From the NCBI GenBank assembly GCA_964187785.1, contig OZ076410.1, positions 91,326,001-91,390,000 on the forward strand: a stretch of DNA of 64,000 nucleotides. Direction: 5' to 3'. Under the pieces are notes generated by a model. It ran no database searches. It was given only the letters and a program-made list of their open reading frames with translations, and was not told the origin of the DNA. Numbering within the stretch: position 1 is the stretch's first letter; every line of letters starts with the position of its first letter. The DNA comes from Amphiscolops sp. MND2022 (lineage: Eukaryota). Both the position numbers and the translations under genes were made by a program. Shown here piece by piece: positions 56,231 to 64,000 of the stretch.

Positions 56231-56620
56231 TGTGATAATCCTCCCTCTCAGAGTCCTCATTTGAAATCATTGTTTCGTCTAGGTCTAGTTCATTTTAGTG
56301 AATTGGTTTAGCAGGATTCCTCATAACACTCACATTAGAGGATCTAAGCGGATGATCATCTTCTTCTCAATCTGAGTTTACGTTATTAGATGCGTGAACT
56401 CCAATAGACATGTCAATTTTGGATCCCGATTGTCGTGTATTTTGAGTTTCATTTGTTTCTGATCTTGGATTGGTTACTGTTAAAACGCTTTCGTTGTTTT
56501 TGGTTTCTCTTAGAAGTTGAAGAATAGATCTGAGAACCCTGGAAAACTGCACAAAATGCTATATAGCACGTTGTGTTACGAATATTATTCAAATGTATAA
56601 TGGCACAGTCTCTTTTGAAT
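56231..56620 (-). mobile_element. Possible LTR end of a third Gypsy family with a decayed leader ORF ending ...NEDSE.EDYH at TATCACA
   Basis: Coding-like frame (56552-56367 and onward) ending at a ...CA boundary in the same style as the other LTR-encoded leaders. The family assignment comes from recollection only. Confidence 0.35.
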
Positions 56621-58299
56621 GGTTATTAAGCTGAAAACTTACAAGCATAGGTCATTTGTCGAACCGCAGGGTGCCGCATAGTGTTAAGCCGCATAGTGAC
56701 GAGTAATCGTCAAGCATCAATCCACAGGATACCGCATAGTTCAAATACAATTAGCGTATGATTGTGAGTATACGGCAAAGCTCAAACCTCATAATGCCAT
56801 ATAGTCATTAGCACAAATGATTATTTAATGATGTCATATCTAGAAAATGGTATTATTATGCAATCAATCAGTCATTCAATAAGCATTTTGGGTAGAAAGA
56901 CTCCAGTTTTAACCCAATTCAGACCACGTTGATGTATAGAACAAAATCACCCGGAAGGTATTGTTCAAAATATTTACATGCCTTCTCCAATCAGCAAATC
57001 AAACAAATAATCATCAATCAAAAGTGCTTGTATTTGTTTTCAAGGGAAAATGGATGATTAAAGTTTCTTATTAGCAGTTTTAGGAACTGCGGTAGATGCT
57101 GTCCTTGTTCGTCTTCAATCATTGATGCACTCCAGGTCCAGCACAGCTGCTAGACTGAGACCCCATCCAAAAGCATAGGAAGTCTCGATTAAGCGATGTT
57201 ACCTTCGAGCAACTCATGACTGTCTTTGATGCAGTGAACGTCAGAAGAGTGAATCCAAAACCAAGACTTTTTTGGTTCAGCGCGACTGAACGTATCACGA
57301 AAAATCCTTGGCCTGATTTTGGCGGATCGGCAACTACGGATTTCTTTGTTCTTCTCTTGGGTTCAAAAATGTACGAGAAACGCAAATAAAATTGTGATAA
57401 ATATGTTGGAGAAAAAGTACATCATTTTTTATTGTGCCTGAAGCTCGAGAAGATTTTCGAGGCGCCACCATCTTAATGTTTCCGTGAAACGGCTCTAAAA
57501 TCTTCATAGTTCACTAATGTTCCGTCAAACTTTGGAACAAAACGGGCTGACGCGATCTAATTGGAAGCGCCCAGGTACAACCACCCTTGCGCCTTGGGAG
57601 AAAACAACCATGGCTTTTGTGACGTTATTTGTATTGATCTCCTTGCTTCAGACAGAATCGAGAATGAGTCCGTCGCCAGTTCAGATATAGCAGCGGAAAG
57701 TGCTGAAGAAATAAAGATGTCAAATAACGATAGCTCAGCCAACGATAAGGCTTAATTGACAAAAGACAGCTTCCATCTGCTTGTATCCGAAATTCAAGGT
57801 GGAATCGGAACTTCATCCCCTACGTTGGGAAATTGATTGGCATCCATAGTTGTGAGTGTCCAACCAGGAAGGTAGGGCAGGATCATTTCTCAAGCATGAA
57901 CTTTCTCTCGCTATTGAGACAGGCAACGCAACCAGTGTATTTTGGAACAAATCGATATGAAGATCGTTAAGCGGAAGTTATTGAATCAGGAAGCTGCTTC
58001 AACTGCCTGTCGTTTATGTGTCATTATTGGCTTTCAAAAACCTTGTAGTACTCACTGTCTTAATCCCCGACTTCGAAAACTCTCTTGCGTTTGATCTAAT
58101 GTTTGTTTTGTATCCCAGTATTTTGTTGTGCCTTGTCATTGTCGCACCGTGATGGGGGCACATGACAACACACACCCTTAGTGACTAGATCTGATCAATC
58201 CAAGCTCACACGACCTCTTGCAAACTCAAAACATTTAAGCTATGTCGCAAGTTTTTAGTAGTCCACTAATCTGGTGGATCAATTTATAGCCCATTTTAT

Positions 58300-58720
58300 A
58301 TCCTCGGGAAGATCAAAATGGACAATTCCAACTTGATCTATCCAGAATTGCAAAGTGGAGTATCAACATAAACTGCTTTTAGATGACAAATGCTGTCATC
58401 TATCGTTTGCGAGTCGCAGTGACAGTTGTTTCTTTAATGGTGTAGAAATAGGGCGAACAAACGTCAAAAAAGATCTGGCGTTTATGATATCTAGTCATTT
58501 AAAACATGACATGCTTGTTGCAGGAGCAGCAAATAAGGCGTTCAATATATTGACGTGATGAAACGAAAATTTCACTTCCTACGTACACAAACGAAATCAA
58601 TTTATACAAGAGTATGATTCTTCCAACGTTAAATTATCGCTTTAATTGTTAGAGTACGAATGTAGGAAACATGAAAGTGCTGGAAAAAGTACAAAAAGTC
58701 TTACACTGTATATCCTACTG
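58300..58720 (+). mobile_element. Degraded L2/CR1 RT C-terminal remnant
   Basis: FQLDLSRIAKWS; DKCCHLSF; KDLAFMISSHL; ANKAFNIL; LYKSMILPTLNY; KVLEKVQK spread over several frames. Confidence 0.65.
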
Positions 58721-59397
58721 TTGAGATTCCGAGAAAATTTCCAAAATTCCAAGACTTATTCTTCATGTCAAAAATGTAATGATAAGTTTGAGGGAGAATA
58801 GATATTGAATAGATATTGTCTGGACATGTCGTTTCAGACGGTTCTTTCTTGATCCTATCCCACAGTGTTAAATCCAAGTCAAATACCAACGTACCTTAAC
58901 TGAGATCCATGTAATCGGAAACAGCTATTTAGGCTAAGGAATCCGCTAATTAAACTACTCTAAGCCGAAGAGAAGCTGCTAGTTGTCGCTGATTGTTCGC
59001 ACTCGTTTCCAAAACCCTTCGAAAAACCTAGTCTCGATTGCCACTTCAGTAAATACGGCGGAGCATGAAAATAGCAATCATACCTTACATATAACATAGT
59101 TCATCGAATTTCCAATCAGAAACTTGAATATCGTTTTTACCGTGCCGATCAAATTGTGCCTTCACTCTTCTTTTTTCTGACTTTTTTTGTCCACTGTTAA
59201 TCCAACAAATTAAGACTTCTTTGGTACGATAATGTTGGAGTATTATCGTTACTTATCTAGTTTCTTCTACAATAGTGTAAGAAATAAACTGATCCTTTTG
59301 TTATAGCTATGCTATCTCGAGGAAGAATCAAAACAATAGAGCTGTTAATACTGTATTGTATGTAGACCATGTGGCAAATGGCCGCTCTCACTTTTCT

Positions 59398-59492
59398 TGT
59401 GAGCACTCTTTTTGTTGGTAAACAACTTTAATAAAGTGTTACACAACCTGTTTCTTTTTTAGTTTGAGTGTTCGAGAGTGCACTCTCTCACA
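59398..59492 (-). repeat. Putative very short 3' LTR (95 bp)
   Basis: Starts TGTGAG right after the PPT, ends CTCACA (6-bp inverted termini) and contains ATTAAA. It cannot be confirmed without the 5' LTR. Confidence 0.5.
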
Positions 59493-59727
59493 TCCCCCAG
59501 TTTATAGGTGATTGGACAATCAAGGTTAATACAATTGTAATACAGATTTACAGCTTTTGATGAACTAAAATTGTACATTAATTCTGTATAGTAATAATAA
59601 TGTACTCAGTTTGATTTGTTTACATGTATGGTATTTGTTATACCAATTAACTAAAAGTAGCGCCAATAGTATGGTTAGTGTTTTTGGCTGGTTCCTAATT
59701 TGTACCAGTTTTGAGTTTGTTGTCATG

Positions 59728-62700
59728 TCACCGTGAGGTGACGGCTTCTTTAGAGTTTGAATTTTCTAATTGTTCCCAGATTGTGGGTCGTTTTTCGATC
59801 TTGCTTTTCTTTTGCTTTTGGTTTCTCTTTGCTATTTTCTCCTTGAACTGTTTCATTGCCGGCGCTTTCTTTTCGTTCTGTCTTTTTATTGGCTCGTGCG
59901 CGCGTTCAACTTCTGCATATGGCGGTAAACTTTTGCTGCTTGTCTCATTTCTATTTGTTCGCTCGCTTGTAGTTGACAGCTCGCTTGTAGTTGGCGGCTC
60001 CACTATTTTCGTCTGCTTTCTCTTATCTGCCTCTTTTGAGCAGCATGGCTGGTCTTCGTTGCTGTATCCGATGTCCCTTTTTGACAGGACCGATGGATTG
60101 TTGCTACCTGCGGGTAGGAACGTGATTGTGTGATTCGACTGTTCTAAGAGCACGCCTTTTCTTTTCTTGAAGCTGCCTTCTAGCTTGCTTCCTCTGGCTC
60201 GTTCTCTTACTAGTATTGTTGAGTCTTGGCCACTCTCGAAGTCCGTCTCTGTAAGGGGGAATTCTGGGTTTTTCTGAAATGAATTTGTCACGATTTATGA
60301 CTAATTTCTTTATCGTGTTCGGTTCTACTCCAGTGTATTTTTCAAACGGCGACTTTCCTGTTCTTGATGGGTTCATTCTCAAGGCAAATAATATTTCTGA
60401 TAACCCAGACTTGTCTCTCTTTACCACTATTTCCTTATTTGTTCTTAGCCGTTCGTTTATCGTTCTTATCAGCCGTTCGATTTTTCCGTTTCCACGGTGA
60501 TCGCTTATTGGGCACTCGATATGTTTTATCAGCCACTTGTTACAAAATTCCTTGAATTTTCTACTCCGAAAGATTGTGGCTGGGTCCGTCCTAATTATCT
60601 TAGGGATCCCGTGTCTTGATATATAATTTCTCAAGAACTCTATTACGTTGTCAGTTGTTGGCTTGCTTAAAAATTTTGCTTCTGGCCAACCTGAAAAATG
60701 ATCTATTGAGACTAGTAAATATTTTCTTGCATGAATTGCATTTTGAAACAGGCCCGCGAAGTCTATTGCTATCTCTTGGTTATTTTCGGAGCAACTAGGT
60801 AGTTTACCAACTTGTTTTTGCCTTAGTATAGTTTTAATATTCTTACCGGCGTTACAGCATTGGGGGCAGTTCTTTGCGATTGTTACGACTTCTCTGTGTA
60901 ACTTCGGCCACCATACGTTGCTGACTGTGGCGAGCATACTGTCCCTACCGGGATGGCCATAATGCAGTGACCGCATAATAATTGGTCGCAATAGTTTTGG
61001 AATGACGAGGCGCTCGTCCATATACATAAAGTCGTGCTCGTCTAAGCTAAGGCATCGAAACTTTTCGCGCCACGGTGTTGGCAGTCGATTAATTTTGGTT
61101 GCGTCTGGCTTTTTTATTAGCCCAATTACTCTTTGTAGGAACTCGTCGGATTCATATTGTGAGGCGAATGTAAAATTGCCCAGAGATTGCAGAACCTCGA
61201 TTTGGTTCACCGAGTAGCATTGTGGCGTTTTTATGGGTGGCTTGTTAGCCTCTTGTATTAGCTCGTCGCTCATTTGGTCGCTGTCGCTGGAATTTGCGTT
61301 ATTGTTAAGCTGTTCGCTGTCGCTTGAATTCGCACTGTGATTGCTTTCTTGCGCGTTTGTTATGGTTGCTGCTATTTGTTTAATTGTTTGTTTATTTGCA
61401 CTTGTTATCTCGCTCACTTTCTCCGCCTTCACCTTCGCGTGCCGTTCGCTCGAAGTTGCCAACTTCTCGCTCATTGGCTGTTTTGCCTCTTCTCGTTGAA
61501 TTCTATTGGCTGTGTCTAAAACAGAATTGGATTGTTTAGTTATTTCATTAACGGTGAACCAATTGTGCCACAATTCCTCTGCTTTAATTTTGTTATCGTT
61601 ACCCTTAATTTCCGACGGATGCCGGGACAAATAATCAGCCATTCCCATGGTGCGGCCTGGGGCGTGGACTACCCTGAATTGGAACGGAAGTAGCCGATCC
61701 ACCCACCTAGTAAGTCTTGACGAATATGTTTTATTTCCTCTGTTACCTCTTAGTATAGTCGTTAGGGCTTTATGATCTGATACTACCTCGAATTCTGTGC
61801 CGTATACAAAATTTCGGAAATATTCCACGGCCCACACAACGGCCAACAATTCTAACTCGTTGATCGAGTATTTTTGTTCAAACTCCGTCAAAAATCTTGA
61901 AGCGTAGTGGGTCGTTTCCCAACCTTCTTCTTGTTCCTGTTGTAACATCGCCCCCAGCCCTTCTCTGCTAGCATCACATATAATTCTTAGGGGCAGGTCT
62001 CTTTTGAAGTGTTTCAACTCGGTGATCTTTCGAATTGCTTCCTTTATTTTCTCGAAAGCTTCTTCATGCTCTTTTTCCCACTTCCATTCGTTATCGTGTT
62101 TTAGGAGGGGTCTCAAGGGTGCACATATGTTGGCTAGGTTCGGTATAAATTTATTTAGCTGATTTATTGCCCCCATGAAGGACCGCAAGTCTTTTAAATT
62201 CTTTGGTCCTAATTTCTCAGTGATAGCCTGTACCTTTTCGTTGATGGGCTTTATTCCTTCAGCCGACAATATGTATCCCAGCCATTCAGTTTCTCGTTTG
62301 GCTATCATGCATTTTTCTACTTTCAGCCTGACTCCTGCTTCATCTAACACTTTGATGGTTTCTTCCACTTTCTTCAGGTGATCGTCTTTTGTCCCTTTTG
62401 TCACAATTAATATATCATCGATAAATGTGAATGTATTGTTTAGTTCGTGTAAAATGTTGTCCATGATTTTCTGGAATTCCGGGGGCATCGTCGTTAACCC
62501 GTAAAATCCTGTGTTGAATGCGTATGTGCCCGTCGTTTCTCCTCCCACAATTTGGAAGTTGCAGTGCTTCGCCGTCTCGGGGTGTAATTGTGTCTGGCCA
62601 TATGCGTATTGCATATCTAATGAAGTGAAAAATACTTCGCCTTCTTGTTTGCTATTAATTACCTCAGCGATCTTATCCATCAGGCTTTCCAGATCTGGCA

Positions 62701-64000
62701 TTTGATATTTATTCTTCAAAATGGCATTGTTGAGCGACCTGGCATCTAGCGCAATTTTGACACTTCTGTGCTTCTTGACAGTAATTACCACCGGTTGTAT
62801 GAACATCTCGTCTGTCACTTTGTCGATCTTCTTGATATGTCCTGCCTCCAGTAGGTTCTTTATTTCTTTATCCACTGCTTGCTGTAGTTGTAATGGCACT
62901 CGTCTGCCCTTCTGTTGCGTGATTTTGGCCCCTTCTTTCAATTCGATCTTGATCGTGTGTCCGATGATCTTACCTGTTCTTTTAAAAACCTTTGGAAACT
63001 TTTTCTGAATTTGTTTTAGTTCCGGGGACAGTTCCGTTTTTCTTACAATGTTATTTACAATGTTTTTGCACTCACCTTCATTTTGTTTTTCTGTGAGTCG
63101 GTAGTTTAGTTTTGTTAGCCAGTCGCGACCAATCAGTGACTTCTTCCCGTCTCTTGATATCACTATGCGTGCTCGTGTCATCTTTTGTTTCCCCACTTCT
63201 ACGTCAACTGTGATGTATCCTACCAGATTAAGTGGTCTGCCGTTGTAGTCAACGTACTCTTCGTTTTTCGGGAGGGGTCTTGCGAAGATTAGGTCTGTTT
63301 TCAGTATTTGGCATAAGTCTTCCTTCGTGAAGATCGTTATGGGCGACCCTGAGTCTATCATGGTTGAAAATTGTTGTTTGTTTATCTTTCCTTTCAACAC
63401 GAATGGTTTAACACCTACCCCGTTTACGTGTAGTACAATGTTGTCCTCGTCCCATTCCGAGCTGCCTCCTGATTGGTCGGCTGATTGTTCAATCATGTTC
63501 ACTCTCCGCATGTTGCCACTATTTTGATTTCTGCCAGCTCCGCGCGAGTTGCCAGCTCTTGGTCTCTTGCACATTCTTGCGAAGTGTCCCGTTACTCCGC
63601 AGTTTCTGCATTTCTCTGTTTTCGCTTTACATGCTGCTAAGTGGTTTTGCGAAAATTCGAACCCGCATCGTGTACATGGATTTCTTGTTGTTCTTCCTTC
63701 TACTGCCATTACTGGTTCTGTTTTTATTTCTGCGCCTCCTGCGAAATTCTTTTGTTGGCTTATGCCTTCTTCATATGCGATCGCGAATCGCAATGCTTCC
63801 TGTGGATTTTCTTTTGGCTCAGTACACAGGCGTTCCTGTACTGTCTTGTGTCGCATGTTCTGGATGAATGCGTCCATGATAAGTCCCTCTGTTTGTTCAC
63901 CAAAGTCACATCTTGCCGCTAATCCCGTGAGGATATTCCAGAATTGTCTCAACGACTCATGACTCTGTTGTTTTCGTGCGAAGAATTTGTATCGCTCCAG
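59728..64000 (-). CDS. Single-frame Gag-Pol polyprotein (CCHC, protease, RT, RNase H, integrase); one frameshift near 60270; N-terminus outside the window
   Basis: Motifs CRNCGVTGHFARMC; IDSGS; LDMQYAYGQ; FIDD; CDAS; ELELLAVVWA; H-x3-HPG...CPQC; IAIDF; RTDPAT; GNGKIER. The frame stays open from 63952 to 64000. Confidence 0.92.

Larger units (their letters stand above)
59398..64000 (-). mobile_element. Second Ty3/Gypsy element, young, running off the right edge of the window
   Basis: Long gag-pol ORF, PPT GGGGGA at 59498-59493, and a putative short 3' LTR. Confidence 0.92.

Noticed and set aside
57119-57816. Short ORFs and a possible first exon or promoter of the PHD gene
   Set aside because: There is a GC-richer patch and a GTAACA donor near 57205, but nothing links them to the acceptor at 13439.

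Overview
This is AT-rich eukaryotic (animal) DNA made up mostly of nested transposable elements. I found no prokaryotic features: no rRNA, no intact tRNA, no CRISPR. The repeat families resemble ones I recall from acoel flatworm genomes (Symsagittifera/Convolutriloba); this is unverified. Host genes: one large minus-strand ORF with a DIDO1/PHF3-type PHD finger (10227-13430) and a weaker candidate spliced gene (7762-9282). Elements: Penelope, L2/CR1-group, I-like and RTE LINE remnants, at least six GG..CC MITEs with 8-9 bp target-site duplications (TSDs), a solo LTR, two tandem segmental duplications and two Ty3/Gypsy elements. The highlight is a fully delimited 14.2 kb Ty3/Gypsy element (41385-55554, ATACA TSD, about 1.5 kb LTRs). 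Its LTRs encode about 213 codons of the Gag N-terminus. Between pol and the 3' LTR it carries about 6 kb of cargo: an antisense gene with four GT-AG introns that looks hAT-transposase-derived, and a divergent intact 256-aa ORF that reads through the PPT into the 3' LTR. Alignments, identities and family calls were made by eye; no searches were run.
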